A DNA stretch of 55,078 bases, filler included, from Bipalium vagum (lineage: Eukaryota): NCBI GenBank assembly GCA_037834085.1. It is 3 parts of 3 records of this genome, joined end to end, with 100 filler letters (N's around TTAATTAATTAA, not from the genome) between each part and the next. Parts side by side here need not be neighbours in the genome. Positions count along the whole stretch, not along the records: positions 1 to 16,166 come from JBBMKC010123995.1; 2 more parts are not named here. The stretch is one strand, 5' to 3'. The notes under the pieces were generated by a model that made no database searches, was not told where the DNA came from, and saw only the letters and a list, made by a program, of their open reading frames with translations. Made by a program: the position numbers and the translations under genes. Positions 1 through 11,948 of the stretch are shown here, one piece after another. The first letter of the stretch is position 1, and each line of letters starts with the position of its first letter.

Positions 1-218
1 ACACATTATTAATAGGAGTAAATTGTAAAAATATATGTAAATATTTCTACGTTTTTCATAATAAATTCTATATGGCTGACACTTTTGAGCATGAGTTCTG
101 TATTCTTTCTCTCCATCAATACATTATAACCAGGCCCGTTTTAACTCAATTTTAAAATTTTTGAATTTTTTATAATAATTATTTGTTCTTAATGTAATAT
201 TTTATCTTTCGCACTAAG

Positions 219-3200
219 ATCATATGATCCACAAAATATGATTATCACTAGTCTCAGTGATTCAGACATTTCCACGGACGAAAGCTCTTCATTTCCTGAG
301 ATGACTTTATCTGTGTCAATAAGGGAGATCTCATTTTTGGATCGCTGCAAGATAAGATTTGGAGGTTCATTTACGGAAGATGATGTTGAAAATGTTCGGA
401 AGTTCTCCAGTGTTCTTATTGTTATAGTTTATCTGGTACCCTATTGGATTATGTATTTTCAAGTAATTTTAATTACCTTTTATCTAACTAAATATTAATA
501 TCTTTGAAAGGACTACTACTGTTCGTACTTAAAGTACAATAGTAAATGTTTTATTTATATATTTTGCTTGTTAATTATTCCGATTTATTATAAAAATGAA
601 CATGTTCCTAAATGATCTGGAGGCGTAATATAAGTATACCATATATTATTATAAAGAGATAAGAAGTGCAAAATTTCGGAAAGCTGAAGATTTTTTGAAT
701 TGTAATTAAAATTTGATGATATTAATATTTTAATTATTAAAAATTATAAATAATAATAATAATAAAATATTATTTTATTATTTTTGTTAAAAATTGGACG
801 TTTTCGAATGTCCTGTTGAAATTTGAGTTTTGGAAAGAGAAAAGTGAAGACTATTTGGTTTTTGTAAATAAGGGAAAGAATGTTCTGGAGATTGAAAAGC
901 TTTTGGGTGTGATGGAAATGTACCCATTCAGGAGAATTGAAAAAAAATCCAGTTTTTATATTTTAAGTGTTCTTTTACGTAAAACTGTAGATAATTTATG
1001 ACTTCAATCCTCAAAGATGATAAGAATTATAACCTAAATGTTCCAGAAAAATAATGAAAATATTTGATAAATTTGAAACACAAGTTGTCACCTGGTACAA
1101 ATTTAATTAATTTTTATTTTCATTTTTATAATTTATTTCTCCAATTTATTTTTGTTTATCTTATCATAACCACTGTAATGAACGCTTGCGATTGTTATAT
1201 TTTAATCCATTTTTCGTTACAAGTGACAATTCTATTTAAAAATGGATTAGATTTGTGACAAGAAAGCAACATCAAGCTAACTTGCAAATGTTTTTTTGTG
1301 TCTGTTTTCCCTGGAGTTCATATTCAAATTTGTTTTTGGATCATATGTGAACAAATTTTTTATTATCTGCTGTGTATTAGCGCTCCACCCAAATACACTA
1401 TTAATGTTTCAGGCGATCTCAGATTCCGTTGTGTCGCGTAAAACCTTATTGATGCTTGGTTATTTAAAAAATTCGTACTCAAATCTAGGAAGAGGAAAAA
1501 GTTTATATATATGTTTGAAATATACATACTTGTAAATAATTAAAAAATGAATTGTTGCAATATAAACTGTATACATCTTAACATCACCTCACTCATTATT
1601 GTGACCCGTTTAATATCAAGAAAAATGAAAATATTTTACTTTACTCATTGAAATAATAAAATTTTACCTTCTTAGAGTCAACTCGCTTTATAAGCGGTTT
1701 CCGCTTAACATCATTTAATCTTAATTTTATTTTAAAATAATATTATTAGAAATAAACCTCTCAATATCACACATTTTAAAATTGTTTAAATAATAGCAAC
1801 TTTTGATGACTATTTGAAAACATTAATAACTAAATTTACAAAAATATTTCACAGGTATACGTATGATTCAGTTTTATCATTATCTTTTCCAATGAAAATA
1901 TTTATTCAATTATAATAAATTAAATTTTATGAATATTTTATTGTGTGATTTATTTTGATTATCCAGCTACCTAATAAAGTATTTCATTTGAATATTTAAA
2001 GTGACCAGAGAATGATAAGGTCCACATTTATTTTGATATTACTTGAAAGTGAACTTTGGCTGAGCTGATAACGCAAAATTTTTTAAATATTTTTCTTTAT
2101 GAGAAAATGAAAATTTTGTTTCTTTCAATTTATTAGTTTGATGCAAAAGTAATGTCATCAGCTTTACTTTATTGTTAGCGGTTCTTCTATAGGAAAAGCA
2201 CTTGTTTTTGATAAAGTTGTGTAACACTAGTCTTTATTAATCTTAATCTTTATATGATAATTATATATATTATGCGTTTGGTGGAATTATGAGGTCCTAA
2301 TACACTTTGAATTGGTTCCAAATGGAGTTACAATAACAGCCCAGTTTTATGTTGAGCAGGTGTAACGTGTATATGAAATTCTTGCAGCCAAATAACCAGC
2401 TCTAATAGACAGTAAAAGTGTTTTATTATAGCAGAGCAATACTTGTCCACATGTTGCTTGTCAAACCAAAAATAGAATAAGGGAACTAGAATGTATTGAA
2501 GTCATACTACATTCAGCATATAGCCCGGACCTTGCACAGTCGGACTATTACCTATTTCGATCTATGGCTCATTATCTGCAAGGGAAATTTTTTCCAGAAT
2601 TTGGAAGAAGTGAGAATCGTTATCACTGGTTTTTTTATCAAAGTCCAAAGAGTAGTACATGAATGGTATAAAAGAATTAATTGGGAGGTGGTTAAAGACA
2701 ATTAAACACAACAGATTATATTTTGAAGACTGAGACATGTTTTAAATGTCATAATTAAATACTTGTTTTGATTTCATATTGTAGTGACATCGAACTTTTA
2801 GGACAGCCTAATATAAACTTTATTTTAATTATGACAGATAGAAAATTCTTAAATCTCTCTTGTATGGTTTCAAGCTTGGTAAAACAGCAAAGGTTTTCCA
2901 TGCAGATTTTTGCAAAATTTATGGTGATTATATCATATGTACAATTCCAAAAGGTTTTAAAAAGGGAATGAAAATGTGAAGGGCGTACACAGGATATGAA
3001 TGATGAGGATCTTTTGAAATTAATCCAATATTAACGGAACGAAAATTGACAGAAATATTCAAACATGACCATGTCACAATTACCAGACATTTGCATCGTT
3101 TTGGAAGAAGTAATCTCTATTGTAGATGAGTTTTATATGTTTTGACGTCTCCAAAAAAACTAATAGGGTAGTTATGACCTCAAGTCTGCTTAAAATATTG

Positions 3201-6200
3201 AAAAATTCCAGTTTCTGGGAATCAATTCGGACGTCAGATAAGACATGAAAATGATTAGCAGTAAATCAGTCTGATGTGAGAATCCCAAAGGCGATGCTCT
3301 GTTTTCCGTGGATTTTTAGAGGATTATTCCAATTTTGAAATGCTCAAACAATGTGAAAAATCGAATGCCAATGTTTATTGGGAGCATTGTAAAGAGTTAA
3401 GCAAGTTCTACAAAGAAATCGATCCAACTGCCATACGATTTTATGATAATGCGAGACATGTCGCAAAAATTGTCCATGAAAAAATTTAGGATTTTGGGTG
3501 GGAACTTCTTCATCCGCCTTACATCTCTGACTTCGCCCCATCCCATATTTATTTTATTAAATAAAAAAACTTGTCTTGGAGAAAAATTTAAAATTCAAGT
3601 TGAGGTAGAAAAATGGGTGGTTGACTATTTTGCATTTTTGACAAGAGAATCCATGAGCTTCGTAGATGTCAAGCTGTCATATATGCTGGTGGAGAATGAA
3701 CAGTTATATTTGTTATTTTCTTAATGAATTTTGTTGACTTTGAAAATTGCATTATATACTTTATACTTTTGCACCAACCTAATAATATTTTTCTGTCCAC
3801 CAATATCAATTAGTTCTTTCGAAGAGTCACAAGTTTGAAGTAATATCACTTCACTCTAACATTTTCCATAATTGATACTGATTGGATTACATACTTTATT
3901 ATACTATATTCCCACAATATATTCTTTTTAATATTCCGACACTTGATGGTAAAAAAATTCTTGTTTTTTTGTCAACATGTGTAGGAAAAGAAAATTATTA
4001 TAAAAATAATAAACTTATGCCATGTTTCTCAATCAGACCCAGCTTCCTGGTGAGGGAAATTTTCATTTGTCTGGAAAAGTCAACAGGCAGAATTTAAGAA
4101 ATTGAGAAGATTCAATATGTAACTTATCAGAGAAAAGGTATTTTATAGTGACAAGTTCTTTTGAAATAGGGACACTGTTTGTATTATATGATTTTTCATA
4201 AAATAATGCATTAAACAACACAAGTTCCTAAATAAATTTATTCATCAGCTGTTTCAATGCTTAGACTATTTGATTTCCTTTGCAAATATTTTTCATGAAA
4301 TAGTGTTTCGTACACATCATACATTCATTGATACCATGGGAAAAATCCGATCAAATTAATAAAAATTATTATATTTTTCCGATGAAACAGCATTTCATGA
4401 TTTTCTAATCCAAGAAATGACTTTTGAAATGTCAAAGGAGTTTGTCATTTCCATGTCTGGTCAATTCTATTTCGAAGGAAACACTATTGATTAATGAGAA
4501 TTAGTAAGTAGTAATATATTTTGGATAATAATATTTGCAATCCGTTCGTTAGAATATTATTCGAAAGATTGACCAGTTTTCTGTTTCACTTGTAATTGTA
4601 AAAAGGTTTTGAAATAATAATTAAATATATAATGGGATAATTTAAAGCAGTTTTATTGGTTTTTTTCAATTTTTCTATAAATTGATTCGTACTAACTGGA
4701 TTTAAGTGTAAAATTGTAAGAGGAATTTCTAAGTGATTCGTTTCTGGTCAATTTTTATTCATTCATTATCCATTTATCTATTAATATTTAGATGGAGACC
4801 ACCTTTTTATCCCAAGCCCTCCATATGGATCTTATATCCGGCGATAATAAAATCGTAATATTTAAATTAAAGTACTACTTCGTTAATTTCTGTGCAATGA
4901 TTAAGGTTATTCCAGCCTGCTGGTTATCCACAATGGACATACTCATAATCATGTGTCTTCTTCCTATCCTTGTTAGATTTGTATATCCATATTTGATTAA
5001 GAAGAAGTTATTTCCGCATGGTTCAACCAGAATAATCTTTGGAATGATTTTGGCAGCTTTATCTGTATCTATTGCTGGTATCTTAGAGCAATTTATCCTA
5101 AATGATTTTGAAACAAATAGAACTGAAATACAAGTCATTGGTAATTCAGTTTAATGTTAAAATTTGCATTGATAATATGCATAATTATAATAATAATAAT
5201 TATTATTATTATAATTAATAATAATTTACTGTATAATACATTTGGATTTGTGACGCAAGTATATTACATTTTTTCTGTAGTTGGTGAATGGTGTATGTTA
5301 ATATCAATCGGTTTGTAATCAGAATTAAAAGTCATTTTTTGAATAGATTTATTAAGTGATCAAACAAATAATATTTAAACAAATTTTATTAGACCTGGAA
5401 ATTCCTTTTTTTATTAAATTTTACAAATAAGTTTATTTTTTAAATTTCATTCATACTTTTTAAATATTGTAAAATAATTAAAATGATTAAACAATTCCCT
5501 AAGTCTGATTAGCCTCCTCATAGAGTAAAAATATTTTTTTTTCAAAATTTTGGAATCTATTTCCAAAACATAATAAAATATATAATAACATCATTATAAC
5601 TTATTAGTTACTTTATGCTAGTCATTTTCATTATATTATGTACAGGATGTTCGGGATAAATTTGACAGTCTCATCAAGAAATAGAAAAATTCATTGGTAA
5701 CTACAAAATTTATATATTTCAAAAAAATACAGTACAAAAGTAAAGTCCACTATGTTAAATAGACTTATTCAGAATAACTGCCATTGACGTCTATTACAGT
5801 CTCAGTCCGGCCTCGTGACTTGGAACATGCTGATTTTACACTTTCTTTTGGAAGTGTTTCAAACACTGCTTTAGTTCTATCTATTAACTGAGCTTTTGTA
5901 GTATTGGTAGACGACTGTTGTCTTTCTCAAAAGCGTCTTATAAGTAATAATTTATTGGATTATGATCTTGAGACTTCGGAGACAAACATTGGGACCGATA
6001 AAGTCATGAAAATTGACTGTTAATAATTTGAAACATTTCCCTGAGGTGTGACAGGGAGCTTAATCCTTCTGCTATGGCCTATTATTGGCTATACTCGTTA
6101 ACTATAATGGATAGCAAATCCACATATGCACCTGAATTCATAATGATAAAAGTAATTTTCATGATCCAGGTTGGGGTTCCAGTCATCAATTTTTTTGTCA

Positions 6201-6974
6201 TAGAGTATCTGAATTTGCTAACTAATTTGTGTAGTTTTGGGTTGTTTTAATTTACATTTTTAAAGTTTATCGGTTTAGCTTCTCCCAAATGTTTATTGTA
6301 AAGATTGAATTAAAGCCCCTTGGATCAATATTCTGTCAGGATTTAGAAGGTACTGTTAAATGATAATTTTAATGTCTTAAATTTTTTAAAAAAATTGTTG
6401 AGAAGAAAGTTTATTGAAAAAATCTCATTATTTCCTGGAATTTATTTGTAAATCCTTTCTTTAATATATATGACATCAATTAATTATGAATATATTTTTA
6501 ATGTTCATATTTTTTCAATTATATTCTCTGAATATTAAAATTATTCTTAGGTGGTACACATTATCCTCATTCTAATCTTTCTGTTTTCTACCAAATTCCT
6601 CAATACTTAGTAATGGGAATAAGTGAGTCTCAGTCTGTAGTTGCAGGTAAAGGATTTAATTATTCCATTAAAAATTACGGAATGGTATTTCAGGTCTTGA
6701 AATGGCTTGCACCCAAGTTCCAAATTCTATGCAGGGCATGACAAACGGGCTATTTTGGTTCATGAGTGGCATCGGTAGCTTTGTTGGAACTGGAATAGTT
6801 ACAGTTTTTCAAATGAATAATAATTATAAACCCCAGAAACATTATCCCACCACACGTTACTATTTTTTTTGGATTGCATTACTTCAAATAATCAGTTTGG
6901 TTTTATTCCTACCTTTTCTTCCTCAGATAAGAAAAAAAGAAAAAAAAGATCCTTTCCCTGCTTCCATCGTTTAA
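219..6974 (+). CDS. SLC15A4: SLC15/POT-family proton-coupled peptide/histidine transporter (SLC15A4/PHT-like); 3' exons only, 5' part upstream of the window
   Basis: Hand-spliced GT-AG exons 219-462, 4792-4854, 4906-5140, 6551-6646 and 6694-6974, with compatible phases. Translation: ..FLDRCKIRFGGSFTEDDVENVRKF..LVPYWIMYFQ|METTFLSQALHM..|VIPACWLSTMD..RIIFGMILAALSVSIAGILE..|..SVFYQIPQYLVMGISE..VAG|LEMACTQVPNSMQGMTNGLFWFMSGIGSFVG. This matches SLC15A3/4 motifs (YWTVYFQMQTT, QVPQYLLIGISE, GLEFAY.AP.SMQ). Confidence 0.9.
2290..2813 (+). mobile_element. degenerate mariner (DD34D) transposon, 3' part, in SLC15 intron
   Basis: Encodes HSAYSPDLAQSDYYLFRSMAHYL (mariner YSPDLAPxD motif) at about 2512-2580. 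Ends in a mariner-type terminal repeat ..GAACTTTTAGGACAGCCTAATA. Confidence 0.8.
2830..3784 (+). mobile_element. degenerate mariner transposon
   Basis: LGWELLHPPYISDFAPSH at about 3493-3546 (HPPYSPDLAPSD). Ends in ..ACTTTTGCACCAACCTAATA, a typical mariner TIR. Many stops and frameshifts. Confidence 0.75.
4000..4500 (-). mobile_element. possible piggyBac-like transposase relic
   Basis: Minus-strand ..SHGINECMMCTKHYFMKNICKGNQ.. resembles piggyBac 'SIDESMV....H..KQY..GKP'. Heavily decayed. Confidence 0.3.
5309..5522 (+). repeat. dispersed ~210-bp repeat, copy 1
   Basis: Aligns by eye with 19841-20045 (shared AAACAAATAATATTTAAACAAATTTT..AGACCTGGAAATTCCTT..GATTAGCCTCCTCATA). Confidence 0.85.
5643..6300 (-). 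mobile_element. maT/DD37D-like Tc1/mariner relic
   Basis: TA|CAGGATG end at 5641-5649. The minus strand reads ..DHNPINYYL..TTKAQLIDRTKAVFETLPKESVKSACSKSRGRTETVIDVNGSYSE*, a typical maT C-terminus. Confidence 0.65.
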
Positions 6975-7149
6975 CTATTAAATTGGTAAAAATTATGTTT
7001 AAGTAACCAAGAGATTTGTATTTATTAATATTATTATGATTTTGTATTTTCTCCGTAAAAAAATATGTTCAATTATATTGATACTTGAGACTATTTTACT
7101 AAGATTTATATAACAATATATCTAACTATATATATAGAGTTTATCCAAG

Positions 7150-7922
7150 GAAATGTAAATTGAAGCCTGATTTATCACGTCAATGATCTAGGAAAAGTGA
7201 AATACCTATTTGTTTGTCTACTGATAAGATTTTAATGGCAGTATATATTTTTACATAAGTATTAATCCATTACCTGCTTGAAAAAAGTTCGAAATTTATG
7301 ATTCCATGAAAATGCTACCGGGAAAATAGCATAACCTTCTTTTGATGATTATCAACCTTGGACGACGACTGCACTGCTTCCTCTCACTTGTCAATGAACA
7401 TTACTGTTTCAAATTCACTTTTCATTCCCCATTAAAAGTTGTTTCAGAAATCAGCTATTTTGTTACATTTGATCACAGATTTTTAAGAGTTATATACAGT
7501 TACTTTCCTTAAGTGGGTAAGGAACCCTTAAATCAAGTTTTTTTTCATGTAACCTATAAACTTCATATGGCTTTCGACGAAATTTTTGCTTTTGAATTTC
7601 TCAAACCAATTTCCATATTGGAGTTCATTAAATGCATCCTCATCTTACACTGCACATAAGTTTTTCAATCTTGTGATATATTTTTCCTTTCCGATAATAG
7701 AGGAGTTAACTAAACCTCAAGTGCCTGTTTCGATCTTCCATATTGAAGCTGACAAATTAAAAACTAAAAAGGCAACCTATGAAAATAAATTAGTATTTGA
7801 AATTTGAATCTATCGACTATTTTTTAATATTATTTAAATAATGATTATTTTATTTAGAATACAGTTAATTTGAAGTTAAATATCTTTATGTAAAATCGGC
7901 AATTACTTTCTTTTCAACCATT
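7150..7922 (-). mobile_element. degenerate mariner, 5' part
   Basis: Minus strand MEDRNRHLRF..LLYYRKGK..NWFEKFKSKNF matches the mariner N-terminal HTH. TIR-like AATCGGCAATTACTTT at about 7894-7910. Confidence 0.65.
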
Positions 7923-7959
7923 GAGAAACATGATGAGTTTTATCAGTTGTGAAAGATTT

Positions 7960-9030
7960 TTGTGTTTGTGGATCGGCCAAAGGCTCTGACAACTTTGTTG
8001 AATGTTTACTTGCTACTTGAGTAGTAATTCAAATTACCGAATGTGGTCGATTATTATAAATATTAATTAAATTTGGTAATAAGTTTAACCATTTTCTGAT
8101 ACCTTGTTCTATAAATTTTTTAGACATCATATTCTATAAAGTTTTGTTAAAACTTTCAATGAAAACGGCTTTACCTTCATTCTCTGTTGAAAAAATTTCT
8201 ATTTCATTATTATCACAAAAATCTTCAAATGTTTTTTTATAAAATTCAGTACCTTTATCAATCCAAAGTTTTTTAGGTTTCTTTTGGTAGTATCCAGATA
8301 TTTCACCAAAAGCACCTGTTACAAATTTTCCAGTTTTATTTTTACAGGAACAACAAAACCATATCTTGCGTATAAATCAATAACTGTTAATACTATTATT
8401 TTATAATCTTTCTCTCCCGGTACAAAAGTTTAATCTGCACTCCAAATATCATCTTAATTATTAACTTTTACTTTTAAAAATAGTTTAGGTTTTCTAAATT
8501 CTGTATGAAGTTCCTTTGCTAATTGTTTTTTATTTTCTGGTTTTAATTCTTCTTTGTCATCAAATAGTTTTTCATTAGCTACATTTTTAGCAGCTCTTGG
8601 AAGACCTAATCTGAAAACTACTTTTCCTTTCAGCGACACAGCCTCTCTTAGAGCAACCTTACTCTTCATAATTAATTTTATTATCATTTTTTCATTTTTT
8701 TTCTCTTTGAGTTGGATTTTGAATATTATTCATTTCACTATCAGCAACATGTAAATCTCTTGACATATATTTTACATCATGTTTCATTGCTGCTTGATCT
8801 ATTCTGTTTATTGGAATTGGGAGAATATTTGAATTTTCTACTATTTCATTATAGTTTTCTAAACGTTTATCAATATGTGTCCGGGTTTCATTAATTGGTG
8901 TACAGTATTTGTTTTATTAGAAGAGCTTGAAGATTTTAAATGTAATTCTCCTGGATATTTGCCTGTTGTAAATTTTGCTAAAAATTTATTGTTTGTAATA
9001 TCTGATTGTATGTCACTACCTGGTTTATAA
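7960..9030 (-). pseudogene. Polinton/Maverick (adintovirus-like) PLA2-like domain fused to retroviral-type DDE integrase, degenerate
   Basis: Minus strand: YPGELHL..PGTHIDKRL..PINRIDQAAMKHDVKY..ADSEM..NPTQREK..IMKSKVAL (parvovirus-type PLA2-like domain). It continues into QLAKELH..DDIWSAD..VLTVIDLYARYGFVVP..KNKTG..KPKKLWIDKGTEFY..IESFNKTL..YNNRPHS (rve integrase with D-D-E triad). Contains stops and frameshifts. Confidence 0.85.
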
Positions 9031-9293
9031 AAATGTATATTATTCTTTTATTTTATCGTTAGTAGTTTTATTATACTCTTATTAGTACTATTTTTAAAAT
9101 GTATGTTTGTATATAAATGTTTAATCTTATTATATTTTGAAATACTTCTCAAAAATATTTTTAATCTATTTTTAAAAACAATAAAAGGGTAGCTTGATGG
9201 GTGATGTATTACATTTGAAATTAATAAATCATAAAAATTAAAAAATATTAAAAATGAAAAATTTTTCGTATTGCAAAATGAGTGAAAAAATTT

Positions 9294-9439
9294 AAGTAGT
9301 GGGGGAATGACTATTTGTGCCCAATATCATAATTCCCTATTTGGTATTCAATATTCGGTATTCAAAAAATATGAAAAAAATCAAAACAAGATTTGTGAGG
9401 CTTTGGTGTTGGACACAATTACTCATTTCCCCACTACTT
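9294..9439. repeat. 146-bp MITE-like unit with 19-bp terminal inverted repeats (17/19 match)
   Basis: AAGTAGTGGGGGAATGACT (9294-9312) pairs with ACTCATTTCCCCACTACTT (9421-9439). Confidence 0.6.
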
Positions 9440-9539
9440 GTGTTCATGTCAGTCGCAGAAAGTATATGACAACTGTATCCTCTTTAGATAAAAATCTCAC
9501 TATAAGAAAGTTGCTAGTTGTTAGTCGATCATGATCAAA

Positions 9540-9900
9540 ACCTTCATGAACCAAGGATTATTCAAAAAGTAAAAAGTGTTTAATTTAATGAAATAGCGAT
9601 AAAGGTAGTGTCATTGTTGTTTTTATCTTACAGTAAGCACAAAAGAAAAGTGAATGAGTCAATAGATGGACAAGAGAACACAGTCGAGACAAATCATTGT
9701 AAATATCAAGCGATTGCTAAATTTTAGTTTGTGACTGCTATATTAAAATTACAAAGTAAAATGGAAACGTAACGAGTATATTTGAGACTTTTGTCACAAT
9801 CTACAGTTATATCACTGAGATATAGAGACTTCAATCTTTTTGTGACCATCAAAAGTAGTTAGAAAATCTAGTTTTATCAGTAAGAAATAAATTATTCCAG
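9540..9900 (+). mobile_element. possible piggyBac transposase C-terminal relic
   Basis: Fragments resembling 'W.D...V.LLS....V.RW.K' and 'PSKVVRKS' are scattered across frames. Confidence 0.3.
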
Positions 9901-11485
9901 TTCAATACATGATCTTCATTAGAAAAGTTCTGAAAAATTGCTCAACTTGTTCAAGGTTCTTGTTCATAAATTCCGATTTCAACCTGTTTTTTAACGACTT
10001 TTTAATCAACTTTATTAAATTTTTTGTATGACTTTCACTTTTATTTATTTTTATATAATTTAATGTTTTACTGATTACTTAAAACGTTTATTAGACTAAG
10101 TCAACTAAAAATACCTTTAAGACCTTTGAAGATTTCTTTTTCTTAATGTGACATTCATTAATTTCTTCAACGTTTTCAATTGTAACCTGGATGCCAACTG
10201 TTTTGGTTCGAATCTTAGATTTTAAGGAAGCCCATATCATACAACTGGAGATATTCATATAATAAATTTAAGTATACCGTCTTTTGCATACTTTTTAATG
10301 CTTCATAAAATCCTTATATGAAATTCTTAAACCATCAGATTAGTATATGTACATATATTTAGTATATGTATTTAAATCAGATATTACATATTTATCATTG
10401 CATTCTAGTTGTTCTGTTCTTTGGCTATTTGGCCTAAATAAATAGTATTATGTAACACCTGAAATTGAACCATAGAAAAAAAATCTCTCGTCTGGAGAAA
10501 AGGTAGTAAAATGCATGATAATACCAAAATATCAAAACACTTTTACTTTTTTTTATTTTATTAATATTAAAATGGATGAAAAATGATATTGTGAAATTTT
10601 TCAAATAAGTATTTCTAAAACAAGTTATGATGAAGAAACGACAAACATGAAAATAATAAACTACCAAAACAGACCTTCAACGACATCAACCATATAAATG
10701 AAAAAACATGGTTGAAAATAATTTAAAATTACTTATTTCATAATTCATTTCACGATGACGTGCATTTCCGTGAGTTGCTTCAAAATCAAAAAATAAATAT
10801 TTATTACTTTGTTTAAATTTTCCTTCATTTTTAAAATAACATTTGTGATTATTAAAAGATGGAATATATTTTTAATTATACAGATTGGAGAATTTTTATA
10901 ACCAAACTTTTATTTCTATAAGACTTACTATTATCTATTTTAAGTGTATGTTAATTTGGAAATCCTGATAAACATTTATGTCAATATTTTAATGATTATA
11001 AAAAAGTTGAGGTTTTGCAATAAAAATAAAATGATTTTCTTGATCATAATAAATAAAATTTAGTTTTTTAAATTTTCATTACCTTTATATAAAATAGAAT
11101 CAGTTTCTTTATTATTATGAGAATAAATTATAATTCTTATTTGTAAAACATTTTCGAACAGTTTTCAATCATCAATATTATTTCCATTTTGCTTAAGATC
11201 TGCTTGAGCCATATTAAATAATTTTATTGAATATACTTCATAAATTGAATCTAAAAAAAGTAACATTTATTTTAATTAACACTTTGCTGACGTTCTTTTG
11301 GTTTCCGTTTTTAATTGACTGATTTTCTACGATTTTCTTTTTCATCTCCTGATGTTTGCTGTGGCCGCATTTTTTGTATTTTTCTTGCCCTTCATCGGAT
11401 GGGGTCAAGTATACACGTATAGGAACAAGTGAAGGGGTCAGTAACGTTACGAGCTAAAGTTACGACTGGGGTTCTTAGTGAATTA
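9900..11485 (-). pseudogene. Polinton-type protein-primed DNA polymerase B relic (N-terminal and exonuclease part), with a possible terminal repeat at 11400-11485
   Basis: Minus strand LFENVLQIRIIIYSHNNKETDSILYKG (about 11085-11165) and NHKCYFKNEGKFKQSNKYFIFDFEATH (about 10770-10850; ExoI 'FDFE' motif preceded by HxCY). Same strand as the integrase relic. Confidence 0.55.
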
Positions 11486-11948
11486 ATATCTTAACATATT
11501 TATAAATTAATAATTATAATGTTTTACATTATTTATAATATAACATTTTAGAGAATACTATTAAATCTGAATATAGAACATAAGAATTGGTCTTCATGAT
11601 CACAGTTTATATATTTTAGAAAAAATCTGTTTCTAATTATTAAATTCCAATTCATTAATTATTAAATGTATAATGATTCTTTTTGTTCACATTTAAATTT
11701 ATGATGATAACTTTAATTAAAGATTTTCAAAAATAATTTTATGTAACTAATTTTGATTTTGTAAGAACTGAAATTTAATTTAATATTGAAAAATAATCTC
11801 ATTATTTTTATTAATTAAATATATTATTTCAATATTTTGTATAGAAATTGATTATAATTTAAAATACATTAATTCATTAAACAAAAGTGATTTACTTATC
11901 TTTGTTTAAATTTTTTCTATTATAGAGTAATATTATGAAATTCATATT

